Source: Gammaproteobacteria bacterium (GTDB lineage Bacteria; Pseudomonadota; Gammaproteobacteria; GCA-001735895). From it: a stretch of DNA of 64,000 nt. The translations under genes were made by a program, and so were the position numbers. The notes beneath the pieces are model-generated. The model saw only the letters and a program-made list of their open reading frames with translations. It searched no databases and was not told the origin of the DNA. How positions within the stretch are numbered: position 1 is the stretch's first letter; every line of letters begins with the position of its first letter. The stretch spans positions 2,150 through 66,149 of the forward strand of contig JBNKUM010000103.1 in assembly GCA_050298595.1 (NCBI GenBank), in the 5' to 3' direction. Shown here in pieces: positions 63,983-64,000 of this stretch.

Positions 63983-64000
63983 ACCAGCCAGTTTATAAGT

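Noticed and set aside
1-64000. CRISPR arrays, rRNA/tRNA genes, insertion sequences, integrases, prophage genes
   Set aside because: I looked for regularly spaced direct repeats, tRNA-like T-arm motifs and transposase- or integrase-like ORFs and found none. The only repeats seen are the short ones reported above.

Overview
This 64-kb window looks like a chromosomal segment from a marine gammaproteobacterium, but the taxon cannot be determined from the sequence alone.

**Left end (1-8.7 kb, minus strand).** This is a visibly GC-rich cobalamin uptake and salvage block. It holds btuB (cut by the window edge), btuF-cobQ-cobU-cobT-cobC-cobS and btuCD. Two near-identical cobalamin riboswitches sit in it and appear to use different expression platforms.

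**8.8-16.9 kb.** Ordinary genes: a dsbB-like gene, an orphan Anbu proteasome-like peptidase, trkH/trkA, and an AraC regulator with an aldehyde dehydrogenase.

**17-33 kb.** An AT-rich accessory stretch made almost entirely of exported proteins. It has no mobility genes and long intergenic gaps.
- Two PEP-CTERM proteins, one behind a good sigma-54 promoter.
- Several small lipoproteins.
- A membrane Ser/Thr kinase.
- A lipoprotein that combines Sel1 repeats, a coiled coil and a caspase (C14) domain.
- A PKD-repeat autotransporter.
- A decayed polysaccharide-lyase/LamG pseudogene and a G13 tract.

**33.3-36.3 kb.** A MacAB-type efflux system.

**36.5-49.1 kb (the stand-out).** A tightly coupled nine-gene minus-strand operon with at least 52 canonical CXXCH heme sites. 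In transcription order it encodes:
- a 984-aa surface octaheme cytochrome with a GlyGly-CTERM-like tail;
- a small Cys-rich membrane ORF;
- an outer-membrane beta-barrel;
- a periplasmic heptaheme;
- a lipoprotein octaheme;
- a hexaheme;
- a NapH-type polyferredoxin fused to a multiheme domain;
- a triheme;
- an NHL-propeller cytochrome with 14 hemes.

I interpret it as a candidate extracellular electron-transfer conduit of a non-Mtr, porin-cytochrome type, with an unusual inner-membrane module and surface anchor.

**Right end (49.1-64 kb).** A repeat-rich leader, a membrane protein, yaeQ, an LplT-PlsC-Aas triple fusion, an XRE regulator, a VIT-vWA protein with a GlyGly-CTERM-like tail, fabF/tetR, and a four-gene ArnT/PAP2/GT2/LAB_N envelope-glycolipid modification module.

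I saw no rRNA, tRNA, CRISPR array, transposase or integrase.
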